Shown piece by piece: positions 50,592 through 62,485 of a stretch of DNA of 64,000 bases. Source of the DNA: Verrucomicrobiota bacterium (GTDB lineage: Bacteria; Verrucomicrobiota; Verrucomicrobiia; Opitutales; Seribacteraceae). A program made the position numbers and the translations under genes. The stretch covers positions 1 through 64,000 of the forward strand of contig JAQBYT010000001.1 in assembly GCA_027622665.1 (NCBI GenBank). The letters run 5' to 3'. Every line of letters begins with the position of its first letter. Within the stretch, counting starts at the first letter, position 1. The notes beneath the pieces were generated by a model. That model ran no database searches. It was given only the letters and a program-made list of their open reading frames with translations, and was not told where the DNA came from.

Positions 50592-53492
50592 ATGAACCCC
50601 CTTGCCACAGCTATGGTGAGCTTGACCCTTATCTGCATCCTCGAGAGTGCGGAACGGGAGCATGTCTTCAGCAAGGAAGACAAGTCTTGGTGGGCGATTC
50701 AGCCAGTAATTGAGCCAGTGGTTCCAACTCATGGAAAGAAATGGGCACGTAACGAAATCGACCGCTTCGTGGCTCGCAAACTCGATCAGGCCAAACTCTC
50801 CCATGCCCAGACGGCCGGGGCTCGCGAACTCGTACGCAGAGTCTATTTCGACCTGCACGGATTGCCTCCGACCCCCAAGCAGGTTGAAGCTTTCCTCTCC
50901 GCCCATGAACAGGATCCCGACGAAGCCTACGAGACGCTCGTGGAAAGCTTGCTCGCCTCATCCCGGTATGGCGAGCGCTGGGCCACCCACTGGCTAGACG
51001 TGGCGCGCTACGCGGACTCCGATGGCTACCGAGCGGACGATTTTCGTCCCGGAGCCTTCCTGTATAGAGATTATGTGATCGATTCACTCAATCATGACAA
51101 ACCGTACGACCAATTCGTTCGCGAGCAACTGGCTGCCGACGAGTTTGCTGCCAACGATCCTAAAATCCTCATTGCCACCGCCTTCCTTCGTCACGGGGTC
51201 TACGAATGGAACCAGCGCGAAGCTCGCATGCAATGGGAAATCATCATGAACGAGATGACAAAGGTGACGGGCGAAGCGTTTCTAGGGCTCGGCATTGGTT
51301 GCGCCCAGTGCCACGACCACAAGTTCGATCCCATTTTGCAAAAGGACTATTACGCTCTGCAAAGCTTTTTTTCCGGTGTCTGGTGGCCCGAAAACCGCAA
51401 GCTGGGATCTTCCGAAGACTTAATGAAATTAAAGATTTGGAAAAGCCAAACCCAAGAGATTCGAGCCAAGCTAGCAAAAATAGAAGGCGATGCTCTCGCA
51501 GGAAAGAAAGCCTTCGCGGTGGGCCAGTTTCCGGAGGACATCAAGGCGATGTACAACAAGCCCGCCGCGGAGAGGACGCCCTACGAGGAGCAACTTGCCC
51601 AAATGGTTGAGCGTCAGGTATTCGCTCAGGGCCGGAAGCAGAACATCGAAAAACTATTGGAAAAGAAGCCTGAGGAGCTGACCCAGTACTTGAAGTTTAA
51701 AAAGCAACTCGATGCTTTCGGCAGCAAAAAGCCTCAATTGCCAGATGCTTTCATCACCACGGACGTCGGACCAAAGGCCGCTCGAACCTTCATGCCATCG
51801 AGCTTGGGCAAAACCGAGGTGAAGCCTGCGTTTCTTTCCCTATTGGAACAACCCGTCCCGAACATCAAGCCCTTGTCAAAAACCTCGGGGCGTCGCAGCG
51901 CCTTGGCCAAATGGATCGCTAACAAGGACAATCCGCTCTCCACCCGGGTCATAGTGAACCGCATATGGCAGCATCACTTCGGACAGGGCATCGTGCCTAC
52001 GCCCAATGATTTCGGCACATTGGGTGAACCGCCTAGCCACCCTGAACTGCTGGATTGGTTAACGATGCGTTTTGTGGAAAAAGGTTGGCGAATGAAGGCC
52101 TTGCACAAGCTCATCATGACCAGCGCAACCTACCGCCAGACCACCCGTCACGAACCCGGGGAAAGAGAGAAACTCACTGATCCCGGCAATCGCCTCCTGT
52201 GGCGTTTTTCGCCACGGCGGCTCTCCGCGGAACAGACGCGCGACGGCATGCTGGTCGTTTCAGGCGAACTGCGGGAGAAAAAAGGTGGTTCGCCCGAGAA
52301 TGCCGACAAGCTCGTTCGCAGCGTATACCTAAAGAAAATGCGGAACTCGCCCGACAAAGTACTGCAAAGTTTCGACGCTCCCTCCGGTTTCGACTCAGCT
52401 CCCACTCGCCTCCAAACGACCACCCCTACACAATCGCTTTTGCTGGCAAACGCAGATTGGCCGCGGAATAGAGCTAAATCTTTTGCCGCCAAGTTGCTTG
52501 GCAACAACAAAACGGTCAGTCAAAAGCTCGTTGAGCGAGGCTATCTTGGTGCATACGCTCGACCGCCAACCGAGGGTGAACGGCGCACGGCGCTCGATTT
52601 CCTCAAAGCCCAGAAAGTGGCTGCCAAAATATCCACTCCACAAAAAGTCGACAAGTTTCCCGATGAAAACGGGCTACGTCCCATTGCCCGGGCGTTTGGG
52701 AACGTGAAAGGATTCGACTTGGGCGAACGCGCCCTGTGGTTGCAACCTGGCAGTCGCTTCGAACAGCTTGAAGTGGAGGATCCCGAACTGGACCTCGACG
52801 CCTTTACCATAGAGGTCGTAGCCAGCTTGGATAATCTACACCCTGACGCCAGTGTGAACACCTTGGTCTCCAACTGGAACGGCAACCAGCAAACTCCCGG
52901 CTGGACCTTCGGCGTGACCAGCGTCAAGTCCGCCTACCAACCCCGCAACTTCATTCTCCAGTTGGTCGGCGAAAACGTGGGGGGCGACGTCGTCTATGAA
53001 GTGGTTGCCTCCAACCTGCGCATTCCCACCGGCAAGCCCGTTTATCTAGCCGCAACCGTCGCCGCCAATGGGAAGGGGGAAGGCAAGGCAACCTTCCATT
53101 TCAAAGACCTTTCCGATCCCTATGCAAAACTGCAGTCCGCAGAAGTCGATCACGGCATAGCAAGACGCATCCAGACTCCTGATGTTCGTCTGCTTATCGG
53201 TGGTCGGGATCAGAGCGGACACCTCTGGGACGGCCAACTCGCTCGTCTTGTAATATCGTCCGGAGTCTTGGTGCGTGACCAGTTGTTAATCTCCGCTCCC
53301 AAAAGTCCGCCGAGCAGGCTTATAGACTGGAGTTTCAAAGGACAAGACGGCGAACGCCCCGTTCCGAACACGGCTTGGATTCGTCGCGAGAAACCTAAGT
53401 CATCCAGTGCCCCCCCCTTCAGCACCCTTGCCGCCGTGACGGACTTCTGCCACGCGTTGCTGACCTCCAACGAGTTTCTTTATCTTCATTGA
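50592..53492 (+). CDS. DUF1549/DUF1553 (PSD1) protein with LamG-like insert
   Basis: DLHGLPP, YGERWATHWLD, CAQCHDHKFDP, NRIWQHHFG.G; FTIE...IGGR...WDGQL insert near C-terminus. Confidence 0.9.
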   Translation: MNPLATAMVSLTLICILESAEREHVFSKEDKSWWAIQPVIEPVVPTHGKKWARNEIDRFVARKLDQAKLSHAQTAGARELVRRVYFDLHGLPPTPKQVEAFLSAHEQDPDEAYETLVESLLASSRYGERWATHWLDVARYADSDGYRADDFRPGAFLYRDYVIDSLNHDKPYDQFVREQLAADEFAANDPKILIATAFLRHGVYEWNQREARMQWEIIMNEMTKVTGEAFLGLGIGCAQCHDHKFDPILQKDYYALQSFFSGVWWPENRKLGSSEDLMKLKIWKSQTQEIRAKLAKIEGDALAGKKAFAVGQFPEDIKAMYNKPAAERTPYEEQLAQMVERQVFAQGRKQNIEKLLEKKPEELTQYLKFKKQLDAFGSKKPQLPDAFITTDVGPKAARTFMPSSLGKTEVKPAFLSLLEQPVPNIKPLSKTSGRRSALAKWIANKDNPLSTRVIVNRIWQHHFGQGIVPTPNDFGTLGEPPSHPELLDWLTMRFVEKGWRMKALHKLIMTSATYRQTTRHEPGEREKLTDPGNRLLWRFSPRRLSAEQTRDGMLVVSGELREKKGGSPENADKLVRSVYLKKMRNSPDKVLQSFDAPSGFDSAPTRLQTTTPTQSLLLANADWPRNRAKSFAAKLLGNNKTVSQKLVERGYLGAYARPPTEGERRTALDFLKAQKVAAKISTPQKVDKFPDENGLRPIARAFGNVKGFDLGERALWLQPGSRFEQLEVEDPELDLDAFTIEVVASLDNLHPDASVNTLVSNWNGNQQTPGWTFGVTSVKSAYQPRNFILQLVGENVGGDVVYEVVASNLRIPTGKPVYLAATVAANGKGEGKATFHFKDLSDPYAKLQSAEVDHGIARRIQTPDVRLLIGGRDQSGHLWDGQLARLVISSGVLVRDQLLISAPKSPPSRLIDWSFKGQDGERPVPNTAWIRREKPKSSSAPPFSTLAAVTDFCHALLTSNEFLYLH

Positions 53493-53495
53493 GCC

Positions 53496-54917
53496 ATGGC
53501 TTGCAACCGCATAACACTACCTGCCTCGCGTCGCGATTTCCTTCTTTCGGCAGGATCCGGCTTCGGTGCCGTGGCTCTCTCCGCCTTGACTGGCGAACGC
53601 GCCTTGGCCGCGACCTCGGACAATCCGGCTGCCGCCAAGATACCGCATGCCCTTGGACGAGCCAAGAACGTCATCTTTCTCTTCATGGAAGGCGGTCCGA
53701 GTCACCTCGATCTCTTCGACCCCAAGCCCTTGCTCCAGAAACTGGCGGGACAAAGCCTCCCGGACAGCTTCGAACGCCCCGTAACCGCCATGGGCGAAGT
53801 GAATTCGCCCCTGCTCGCGTCCAAGCGCAAATGGAAGCAACATGGTGCAAGCGGCCTTTGGATTTCCGACTGGCTCCCGAACCACGCCCGCATCGCCGAC
53901 GAACTTTGTGTAATTCGATCCTGCGTTTCGGACGGAATCAACCATGCCGGCGGCGTCTGCCAAATGAACACGGGCTTGGTCTTTGGCGGCAGACCCTCGC
54001 TGGGAGCTTGGGTATCCTACGGCTTGGGCACGGAAAACGAAAGTTTGCCGGGCTTCGTGGTGATCAAGGATACCAAGGCGATGGTCGTCAACGGTGCCCG
54101 ATGCTGGGGTTCGGGCTTCATTCCCGCCAGTTTTCAAGGCACCTTGCTGGAACCGGGCGACGAACCGATCTCTTACCTGAACGCCCCAAAGGACATGTCT
54201 CTGGACAGGCAGCGAAACAAACTTGCTTTTCTGCAAGGCCTCAATCGACGCCACCAAAAGAATCGTGCATCCAACACTGATCTCGAGGCCCGCATACGCA
54301 GCTACGAACTAGCGGCTCGCATGCAAGCGGAAGCCCCCGAGGCAGTCGATCTGTCCAAGGAAAGTCAAGCGATCCAAAACCTTTACGGACTAGACCAAGA
54401 TGAAACCAAAACCTTTGGTCGCCAGTGCCTGATGGCCAGGCGCCTAGTCGAACGAGGAGTGCGTTTCGTCCAGCTTTACCATGGAGCCGGCAGCAAATGG
54501 GACAGCCACTCGGGCATGGAAAAAAATCACTCCAAATTATGCACTTCGATCGATCAGCCGATCGTCGGCTTGATCACCGACCTGAAGGCGAGAGGGCTAC
54601 TCGACGAGACGCTTGTCATCTGGGGCGGAGAGTTCGGGCGCACACCGATGAGCGAGAAAGGCGATGGCCGCGACCACAACCCTACTGGTTTTACCATGTG
54701 GATGGCGGGCGGCGGAGTGAAAAAAGGCCAGGCGGTTGGAGCAACAGACGAACTCGGGCTCTTTGCAGTGAAGGACAAATTGCACGTTCGCGATCTGCAC
54801 GCCACCATTCTCGGATTGCTTGGCCTTGATCACACAAAGGTGGTCTACATGCACAAGGGACGTCCCGAGCGAGTGGACCTCAACGAAGGACATGTATCGC
54901 CAAAAATCATTGGCTAG
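53496..54917 (+). CDS. DUF1501 domain protein (Tat signal)
   Basis: SRRDFL, AKNVIFLFMEGGPSHLDLFDPKP, WDSH, GEFGRTP, GRDH. Confidence 0.92.
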   Translation: MACNRITLPASRRDFLLSAGSGFGAVALSALTGERALAATSDNPAAAKIPHALGRAKNVIFLFMEGGPSHLDLFDPKPLLQKLAGQSLPDSFERPVTAMGEVNSPLLASKRKWKQHGASGLWISDWLPNHARIADELCVIRSCVSDGINHAGGVCQMNTGLVFGGRPSLGAWVSYGLGTENESLPGFVVIKDTKAMVVNGARCWGSGFIPASFQGTLLEPGDEPISYLNAPKDMSLDRQRNKLAFLQGLNRRHQKNRASNTDLEARIRSYELAARMQAEAPEAVDLSKESQAIQNLYGLDQDETKTFGRQCLMARRLVERGVRFVQLYHGAGSKWDSHSGMEKNHSKLCTSIDQPIVGLITDLKARGLLDETLVIWGGEFGRTPMSEKGDGRDHNPTGFTMWMAGGGVKKGQAVGATDELGLFAVKDKLHVRDLHATILGLLGLDHTKVVYMHKGRPERVDLNEGHVSPKIIG

Positions 54918-54936
54918 CCAATAACTCCATTACCCT

Positions 54937-55206
54937 TTGCAGGTCATGAAGAATTACACCGGTTCGGTTTTTGCTTTGCTGGTTGCTCTTGTCCTCATAA
55001 TAGATGACCGCGAATTGGAAATGCTGGGACGATATGAGGAAAATGCCTACCTATGGCGGATGATGAAAGTGGCCAAGCACAAGTCAACCGAACTGTATGA
55101 GCTTCAGGGATTCGACCACGGCGGCATGGCAGCGCCCGCTCACGGAATTTTGCTCAAGCACATCAACAGCAAGGCTAAATTGAAAAGAAATTCTACGGAG
55201 AAGTGA
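54937..55206 (+). pseudogene. C-terminal fragment of an alpha/beta hydrolase
   Basis: DRELEMLGRYEENAY.WRMMK...H....YEL.G.DHG.M tail without any nucleophile-containing N-terminal part. Confidence 0.6.
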
Positions 55207-55270
55207 AGAAAAGAGGATTTTCCTGCCGCCAAGAATACGATGTTATGTTCTTTGGCCTCTTAGAACAAAA

Positions 55271-56098
55271 CTAGAGATTGTAAGCTTTCATGGCGGTTCC
55301 GCCCCAAACCGCAGATTGTTCGTCATCTGAAAGTTGAGATAGGAATTCGGCGACAATTGAAACCCATCGTTGGTAATCAATCGCAAGTTTGGCTACAGGC
55401 CAATCGGAACCAAACATCATACGATTCGGACCAAAGGCTTCGAGAGCAACCTCCGCAAAACGAAACAGTTGCTCTTCCGTCCAGTTTGCCCAAGCGGCCT
55501 CCGTAGCCATACCGGAAAGTTTGCAGTAGACATTGGGTCGTTCAGCCATTTCCCGCATAAGTTCGGCCCATGGTTCCATGGAGTCGTCGCGAATCCGAGG
55601 CTTGGCAACATGGTCTAGCACAAAGACAAGGTCGGGATGCCTATCCACGAACTCAATGGAAGCGGCAAGCTGACGTTCATAGATTAGGATGTCGTAGACG
55701 AGATTAAAATCCTTGAGGAGAGCAACACCTCCGCCAAAAGCTTCCCCGAGTATAAAACGATCATCGGGTTCGTCTTGGACGATATGGCGAATGCCCTTAA
55801 GATAAGGGTTTGCGGCATAGCCGCAGAGTATATCGGAAATATTCTCATCTGCTAGCGGAAACCAGCCCACGACGCCCTTGATGAAATCGTGTTCGGCAGC
55901 GTACCCTAGCAACGCATCCGTCTCCGCCAACGTTTGCCTTGCTTGAACCGATACAACGGCATCGATGCCAGCTTGTTCAATTTCTTGCTTTATGTCTGTA
56001 GGCAAATGATCTTCCTTTAAAACGCCCATTTCCTCGTTCATCCAAGGATACTCGACAGGATCATATTTCCAAAAGTGATGGTGTGAATCGATTTTCAT
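55271..56098 (-). CDS. Amidohydrolase_2 family (L-fuconolactone hydrolase-like)
   Basis: IDSHHHFW, VQA, GVVGW, GIRH, LDHVAKP, CKLSG, FGSDWP. Confidence 0.9.
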   Translation of the reverse strand: MKIDSHHHFWKYDPVEYPWMNEEMGVLKEDHLPTDIKQEIEQAGIDAVVSVQARQTLAETDALLGYAAEHDFIKGVVGWFPLADENISDILCGYAANPYLKGIRHIVQDEPDDRFILGEAFGGGVALLKDFNLVYDILIYERQLAASIEFVDRHPDLVFVLDHVAKPRIRDDSMEPWAELMREMAERPNVYCKLSGMATEAAWANWTEEQLFRFAEVALEAFGPNRMMFGSDWPVAKLAIDYQRWVSIVAEFLSQLSDDEQSAVWGGTAMKAYNL

Positions 56099-56123
56099 GA
56101 CGGTCCTTTCAATCGCGTAGCGT

Positions 56124-57182
56124 TTACTTTCCTTTTCCTCTTGATCGCATCTCGGCGAGCAAGCGTGGCCACCCAAGTCGTGAAAGCTTTTCCGCCATTT
56201 TTCGATAGCCTTCACCATAGGTCGGACTGCTGCTTTTTTGCATGTTGTCCAAGAGGATCGAAGATAATTTATTCGTTTCTATTTTGAGCAAATTGGATGC
56301 CCCCAGATTACAAAAGCCCTCGACGACGTCGGGGGGAGCCTCAACAAAAAGTTCATTAAGCCAAACATGCATGTGCTCATGGGCAAGGACAGCCTCACAT
56401 TCGGTGTGAGGGAGACCATACAGAACCAGAATGCGATGTTCGAAAGTAGTATTGGACACATTGCCTTTTGTTACGGTACGGAACTTTGTGAGAGTGAGAC
56501 CCTTTAGTTTACCACTAGCACGGATGCGTTTCGCTTCTTCATCCAAAGTGGGCTTATCTACGAGAACTAGCGTGATCTTTCCCTCGGGTTTTACAATTCC
56601 GATTTGGCTCAATGCTTTCTTTACCCGTTCGTTTACCAAACCGAGGGCTTTCTCCTCGAGCACGGCATTGGTTAAACAGGTCAAGCAAGCAAAGCGGTTT
56701 GAATCAAGAATTTGCTCCCTTTTAGCTTCCCGTTTTGCAAACATGCGTCCGCATGAACCACAGCTAGCGACAAAAGAGAAATGATCGACATGCGCGAGCA
56801 TGCCCCATTGGTCGCGGCGAAACTCATCACCTCCCTTGAAAACCTTCTTGCATACAAGACACCGGAAACAGGCGGTATGGTAGGTTTTGCCTCCAGCTTC
56901 CATCGTACGAGTCCCGAGAGTTTTTGAACACAATTCGCAACGAGGCTGGCTTTGCCATTCCCGAGCATAGGCCTGATCCCCATCAATAAATCGGGAAAGA
57001 GAAAATCGATACTCACGGTTGGAAATGCGAAGACCGATTTGATCGCCTTCTATTTCAAAAATTTCGCCCTGCGCTTTTCGACCGTCAGTCGTGGTCCAAG
57101 TTCTCAATTCGGCCGATGCAACATAGGGCAAGGCTCCAATAATAAATCCAAGTAGGAGTCGAAGCATCGAGTCGGAAGCCAA
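56124..57182 (-). CDS. Exported SHD1 + LIM-like zinc finger + DA1-like metallopeptidase
   Basis: RTWTTTDG SHD1-like start; CxxC-x16-HxxCxxCxxC; CGSC..CLTC; AHEHMH...EGFC; YGEGYR. Confidence 0.8.
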   Translation of the reverse strand: MASDSMLRLLLGFIIGALPYVASAELRTWTTTDGRKAQGEIFEIEGDQIGLRISNREYRFSLSRFIDGDQAYAREWQSQPRCELCSKTLGTRTMEAGGKTYHTACFRCLVCKKVFKGGDEFRRDQWGMLAHVDHFSFVASCGSCGRMFAKREAKREQILDSNRFACLTCLTNAVLEEKALGLVNERVKKALSQIGIVKPEGKITLVLVDKPTLDEEAKRIRASGKLKGLTLTKFRTVTKGNVSNTTFEHRILVLYGLPHTECEAVLAHEHMHVWLNELFVEAPPDVVEGFCNLGASNLLKIETNKLSSILLDNMQKSSSPTYGEGYRKMAEKLSRLGWPRLLAEMRSRGKGK

Positions 57183-57188
57183 GCAACT

Positions 57189-58616
57189 TCAGTCCAAAAG
57201 GTTTTCCCAGTGGGCAATTCGAGTGGCAATTTGCGTTGGTCCAGGCATCCCCGGTTTTTCCCGACGTGCAAAAGCTCGGTCGAGATCAAAGACTTCTCGC
57301 CAGTCGTCGTCGAGAGCAGCGCATGCAGGATGAGCTCCCTTGGCTTGTTCGTCGGTAAGGTCGGGCAAGGCTACGCCCACCCTCTCCGCTTCGGCAACTA
57401 CGCCACCGACGGCATGATGAGCATCACGAAAGGGTACACCTCGCTCAACGAGATAATCAGCCAAATCGGTAGCCAAAAGCATGGGATCTGAAGCGACTTC
57501 TCGACAACGGTCGGCATTAATTTCCATTCCATCGATGGTGGCCGCGAGGACGGCTAGACCAATGCCGAGCTGGTCGAATGAATCGAACACGGGGGGCTTG
57601 TCTTCCTGAAGGTCTCGATTGTAAGTAAGCGGCAGACCCTTGATCGTAACGTAGAGATTTTGCAAGTTGCCGACAAGACGCCCCGTCTTTCCTCGCAGTA
57701 ATTCGAGAGAATCCGGATTTTTCTTCTGTGGCATGAGAGATGATCCCGTGGTAAAACTATCGGGCAAAACCACGAACCCGAACTCGCTGGAATTCCACAG
57801 AATGAAATCCTCCGCCAATCGAGATATATGTAGTCCGCAGGTAGCGCATGCACTGGCAAACTCTACGAAGATGTCGCGATCGGCTACCGCATCCATTCCA
57901 TTCGCCGTCAAGCGAGGCTCGCCTTGGTCGTCCACGAAACCAAGTTCGGTGGCAACGAAGTAACGGTCGATCGGCAAAGTGGAACCCGCTATAGCTCCTG
58001 ACCCGAGCGGGCAGACATTGGCATGATCGGCCACTTCGAAGAACCGCATGCGATCTCTGGCAAAAGCCTCTACATGGGCAAGTAGATGATGCCCAACGGT
58101 AACGGGTTGGGCACGCTGAAGGTGGGTATATCCGGCGATCGGAACAGACGCATTTTGTCGAGCCTGACCAAGAAGGGATTTCATGACAGTCTCGAGAGCT
58201 TCACCCAACTTGCCGCAGGCGTCTTTAAAGAAAAGGCGCATGTCTGTGGCGATTTGGTCGTTTCGACTCCGACCCGCATGTAACTTGGCGGCGGCAGGAG
58301 TTTTTGCCAGCAAGGCTTGTTCAAGGTTCATGTGAACGTCCTCGTGCTCGGCATCCCATTCAAAAGTCCCTGCCTCAATCTCGGAGAGAATTTCGTCCAA
58401 ACCTTTGTGAATATCCTCGCACTCGTCGGCTGAAAGCAGACCCACCTTCTCCAGCATGGAGGAATGGGCCTTGCTACCGTTCACGTCAAAGGGGGCAAGC
58501 CTCTTGTCAAATGAAACGGACTCTCCAAACCACTTCATTAGTTCAGATGGGCCGTCAGAAAATCTTCCGCCCCATGTTGCTTGTTTGCCGTCGGTCATAT
58601 GAACCCAATTTTTCAA
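57189..58616 (-). CDS. argH: Argininosuccinate lyase
   Basis: [39 protein letters not shown]. Confidence 0.97.
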   Translation of the reverse strand: MKNWVHMTDGKQATWGGRFSDGPSELMKWFGESVSFDKRLAPFDVNGSKAHSSMLEKVGLLSADECEDIHKGLDEILSEIEAGTFEWDAEHEDVHMNLEQALLAKTPAAAKLHAGRSRNDQIATDMRLFFKDACGKLGEALETVMKSLLGQARQNASVPIAGYTHLQRAQPVTVGHHLLAHVEAFARDRMRFFEVADHANVCPLGSGAIAGSTLPIDRYFVATELGFVDDQGEPRLTANGMDAVADRDIFVEFASACATCGLHISRLAEDFILWNSSEFGFVVLPDSFTTGSSLMPQKKNPDSLELLRGKTGRLVGNLQNLYVTIKGLPLTYNRDLQEDKPPVFDSFDQLGIGLAVLAATIDGMEINADRCREVASDPMLLATDLADYLVERGVPFRDAHHAVGGVVAEAERVGVALPDLTDEQAKGAHPACAALDDDWREVFDLDRAFARREKPGMPGPTQIATRIAHWENLLD

Positions 58617-58758
58617 ACCTCCCGAATTGCCGCAACGTTATTTCGATGTAAAAAATGGGGAAAGTTCCGACTGTGTTTCAAGAGCAACTAGCAACGAGCA
58701 CTCTTACCGAAGGAAATCCCCAATCAAGAAGGCGAAAGATCTCCCACAGGACAAGGAC

Positions 58759-59511
58759 TCAGGACAATATCTTTTTTACCGATGCCACCGAATAGTCACG
58801 ATTCAGCTTCGCAATAAAATCCAAGGATATGTCTTTCGGACAAGCAGCTGAACATTCACCATAATTTCGGCAATTGCCAAAACCGGCTTCGTCCATGGTG
58901 GCGACCATGTTGAGCACGCGTTGGTCCTTTTCGGCCTGACCTTGCGGCAGCAGGTTAAGGTGACCGGCCTTGGCGGCAGTAAACAGCATAGCCGAGGCAT
59001 TCTTGCATGCGGCGACACAAGCACCGCAACCGATACAGGCAGCGGCGTCCATCGCCCGATCCGCGTCTTGCTTTGCTATGGGGATTGCATTGCCGTCCGG
59101 GGCGCTACCAGTGCGGACGGAAACATATCCACCGGCTTGAATGATCTTGTCGAAGGCGGAACGATCCACGACAAGATCGCGAATGACCGGAAAGGCCTTA
59201 GCCCGAAAAGGCTCGATGGTGATTGTTTCGCCATCGTTAAACTTCCTCATATGGAGTTGGCAGGTGGTAGTAGAATCTTCAGGCCCATGAGGCAATCCGT
59301 TGATCGTCAGAGAACAAGTGCCGCAAATCCCTTCCCGACAGTCGTGATCAAAAGAAACGGGTTCTTTTCCGTTTTCCAGAAGCTGTTCGTTAAGGAGATC
59401 GAGCATCTCGAGGAAAGAGCAATCCTCGGACACCCCATCCAGATCGTGCATTTCAAATTGTCCGGAATCCTCGGGTCCGGCCTGTCGCCAAATCTTCAGC
59501 TTCAATTTCAT
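58759..59511 (-). CDS. sdhB: Succinate dehydrogenase/fumarate reductase iron-sulfur subunit
   Basis: [21 protein letters not shown]...GECSAACPK. Confidence 0.95.
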   Translation of the reverse strand: MKLKLKIWRQAGPEDSGQFEMHDLDGVSEDCSFLEMLDLLNEQLLENGKEPVSFDHDCREGICGTCSLTINGLPHGPEDSTTTCQLHMRKFNDGETITIEPFRAKAFPVIRDLVVDRSAFDKIIQAGGYVSVRTGSAPDGNAIPIAKQDADRAMDAAACIGCGACVAACKNASAMLFTAAKAGHLNLLPQGQAEKDQRVLNMVATMDEAGFGNCRNYGECSAACPKDISLDFIAKLNRDYSVASVKKILS

Positions 59512-59522
59512 CCGTACAATCC

Positions 59523-61439
59523 TTACTTGTAACTGCGCACGGCAAGTTTCACATTTTCAAAATGAAGATCCTCTTTGTGCCTGGTGGGCTCGCTGCCCTG
59601 ACCGTTGTGCTCCCAAACGGCAGCATGTGAAAAGTTCTCATCATCGCGTACTGCTTCGCCCTCTGCGGTTTGATGCTCCTCACGGAAGTGCCCCCCACAT
59701 GACTCGTCTCTTTCAAGAGCGTCTCGGCACAGCAGTTCACCGAAATCGAGAAAATCCTCCGTTCTGGAAGCCCTCTCAAGTTCAGCATTCAAGTGTTCCC
59801 CTTTACCGGGAACGATAAGGTTTTGAGAAAAATCTTCTTTAAGGTCTTGAATCAGTCCAATGGCTTTTTGTAGACCTGACGCATTACGAGCCATGCCCGC
59901 AAATTCCCACATGATATGCCCTAGTTCCTTGTGGTAGGAACGAGAAGAGCGTTTGCCCCCAGAAGAAAGGTAACCCGAGACACGCTCACGAACCTGATCA
60001 ATGGCTTCCTTGAATATCGGTCCATCGGGATCGGGGGCGCCGGCACCTTCTTCGGCAAGATAATTAGCCACCGTGTAGGGGATGACGAAATAACCGTCGC
60101 TCAGTCCTTGCATCAATGCGCTGGCTCCAAGACGGTTCGCTCCATGATCAGAAAAGTTTGCTTCTCCTAGTACAAAACACCCTGGGAGCGTACTCATGAG
60201 GTTGTAGTCCACCCAAAGACCTCCCATCGTGTAGTGGATGGCAGGATAAATGCGCATCGGACGCGAGTAGGCGTTCTCACCCGTGATGCGTTCGTACATC
60301 TGAAACAGGTTTCCATATCGCTCCCGAATCATGCTTTCTCCGAAACGATCGATCGCATCGGAGAAATCCAAGTAGACGCCTCGGGCACCGGGTCCCACTC
60401 CGAGACCATTGTCGCAAGCTTCCTTGGCCGATCGACTGGAAATGTCTCTGGGCGCTAAATTACCAAAACTGGGATATTTGCGTTCGAGATAGTAATCCCG
60501 AGCCTCTTCGGGTATCTGATCGGGCGACTTGTTGCAATCCGCCGGATCTTTCGGAACCCACACCCTTCCATCGTTTCGAAGAGATTCCGACATTAGAGTC
60601 AGCTTGGATTGGTGATCGCCCGAAACAGGTATGCAAGTGGGATGAATCTGAGTATAGCAAGGGTTTGCAAAACCGGCGCCGCGTTTGTAGGCTCGAAAGG
60701 CAGCCGTTACGTTACAGCCCGTGGCATTAGTGGAAAGAAAGTAGGCATTACCATACCCGCCGGTAGCAAGAATGACGGCATCGGCAGACCAAGATTCGAT
60801 GGCTCCGGTAATGAGGTTCCGAGTGATAATTCCCTTGGCATGGCCATTCACCACCACCACGTCGAGCATCTCGTGGCGGTTATGCATTTTCACCTGACCC
60901 GAAGCAATTTGCCGGCTCAGCGAACTGTAGGCGCCAAGCAAGAGTTGTTGCCCAGTCTGACCACGGGCATAGAAGGTTCGACTTACTTGAGCTCCTCCAA
61001 AAGAGCGATTAGCCAAAAGCCCCCCGTACTCGCGGGCAAAGGGAACTCCTTGCGCCACGCATTGGTCGATAATGTTGCCACTTACTTGAGCAAGCCGATA
61101 GACATTGGCTTCCCTTGAACGAAAGTCGCCCCCCTTGACGGTATCGTAAAAAAGTCTGTGTATGCTGTCGCCATCGTTCTGATAGTTCTTGGCGCCATTG
61201 ATTCCACCTTGGGCAGCAATGGAATGAGCCCGCCGCGGACTGTCTTGATAGCAGAAGCAGTTCACATTGTAACCAAGTTCACCCAAGGTGGCGGCAGCGG
61301 ATCCGCCAGCCAATCCCGAACCGACAACGATTATGCGGTACTTTCGCTTGTTTGCGGGATTCACCAGCTTCATCGAAAAGCGATGGTTGTCCCATTTTTC
61401 GGATAAGGTTCCGGCTGGAATTTTGGCATCAAGAATCAT
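59523..61439 (-). CDS. sdhA: Succinate dehydrogenase/fumarate reductase flavoprotein subunit
   Basis: [35 protein letters not shown]. Confidence 0.96.
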   Translation of the reverse strand: MILDAKIPAGTLSEKWDNHRFSMKLVNPANKRKYRIIVVGSGLAGGSAAATLGELGYNVNCFCYQDSPRRAHSIAAQGGINGAKNYQNDGDSIHRLFYDTVKGGDFRSREANVYRLAQVSGNIIDQCVAQGVPFAREYGGLLANRSFGGAQVSRTFYARGQTGQQLLLGAYSSLSRQIASGQVKMHNRHEMLDVVVVNGHAKGIITRNLITGAIESWSADAVILATGGYGNAYFLSTNATGCNVTAAFRAYKRGAGFANPCYTQIHPTCIPVSGDHQSKLTLMSESLRNDGRVWVPKDPADCNKSPDQIPEEARDYYLERKYPSFGNLAPRDISSRSAKEACDNGLGVGPGARGVYLDFSDAIDRFGESMIRERYGNLFQMYERITGENAYSRPMRIYPAIHYTMGGLWVDYNLMSTLPGCFVLGEANFSDHGANRLGASALMQGLSDGYFVIPYTVANYLAEEGAGAPDPDGPIFKEAIDQVRERVSGYLSSGGKRSSRSYHKELGHIMWEFAGMARNASGLQKAIGLIQDLKEDFSQNLIVPGKGEHLNAELERASRTEDFLDFGELLCRDALERDESCGGHFREEHQTAEGEAVRDDENFSHAAVWEHNGQGSEPTRHKEDLHFENVKLAVRSYK

Positions 61440-62218
61440 TGGGTGGGTGCCTCCGAGTTCGAACTGCTGACGGCGGCAGGAACGGCTTGGTCGAAGGCCA
61501 CCTTATCAAAAACTTCCACCGCCCCATGCTTTTGCAGGATAACCGCCAATGGAATTGAAATGAATCCAAAGAAAATCACCCAGCCATAGAGAATGGCCAA
61601 ACTATCAAGCTTGCCACGCCAAGATTCTCGGCGGAGACCGAGAGATTGAAACATACTAGACACGCCATGAGTTAAGTGGCGACAAAGCAAAAACATGCAT
61701 AAAGCATAGACGGCGGACAACCACTCGGACCCAAAACCGGTAAGCACCATAAGATAAACGTCTTGCACCTCCGCTCCGTCAGACGCCGGAACATAAGTGG
61801 TAAGCTCCTTGTATTCAGGAAATACGGTTTGAGTGGTGAAATGAAGAATGTGGAATACGATAAAGGCAAACAGTATGGAACCCGTCAGCCCCATGTTGAG
61901 CGATGACCATCCGGACTTTTTAGTGACCTCCACATCATTTGACTTGGGACGCGAGGCACGGTTCTCCGCACATATTTTAGCAGCAGTCCAAGCATGGACG
62001 ACTACGACGGCAAGCAGAAACAATCTCGAACCCCACAACACAAACCAAGGAAGGGCTTTCAGTTGGTAAGCATAAGTATTAATAGCTTCAGCACCTGCAA
62101 ACATCTGCAGGTTGCCCGCCATGTGAACGAAGACAAAACCGACCAAGACAAAGCCCGAAAGAGCCATCAGGTATTTTTTTCCCAATGAACTGGAACAGAT
62201 AGAACAAATACTAGTCAC
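61436..62218 (-). CDS. sdhC: Succinate dehydrogenase cytochrome b subunit (b558 family)
   Basis: SSLGKK.LMALSG, HMAGNL, five TM helices with His ligands, HG..S.FQSLG. Confidence 0.93.
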   Translation of the reverse strand: MTSICSICSSSLGKKYLMALSGFVLVGFVFVHMAGNLQMFAGAEAINTYAYQLKALPWFVLWGSRLFLLAVVVVHAWTAAKICAENRASRPKSNDVEVTKKSGWSSLNMGLTGSILFAFIVFHILHFTTQTVFPEYKELTTYVPASDGAEVQDVYLMVLTGFGSEWLSAVYALCMFLLCRHLTHGVSSMFQSLGLRRESWRGKLDSLAILYGWVIFFGFISIPLAVILQKHGAVEVFDKVAFDQAVPAAVSSSNSEAPTQ

Positions 62219-62485
62219 AAAATAAAAGATTCAAAAGAAGTTGATATTTCCCTTTGAGCAAAAGGCAAGAAGAGACAAAAACCGAAATGAAGAACAGTTT
62301 CCGCCCAAAAACCGTTCAAGGCGCAACCCCTATTCATGCATCGAGGAATCGAGAGCAGGGTGCAGGCGATGGTGAGAACGCCAGAGATATAGTGTGTATG
62401 TCATGGAAAAAAAGATGATTACCGTTAACTTCACTTTGGGACGATCAAAAACAATCCAAAGTTACTGGACGACATACTGCAAAGG

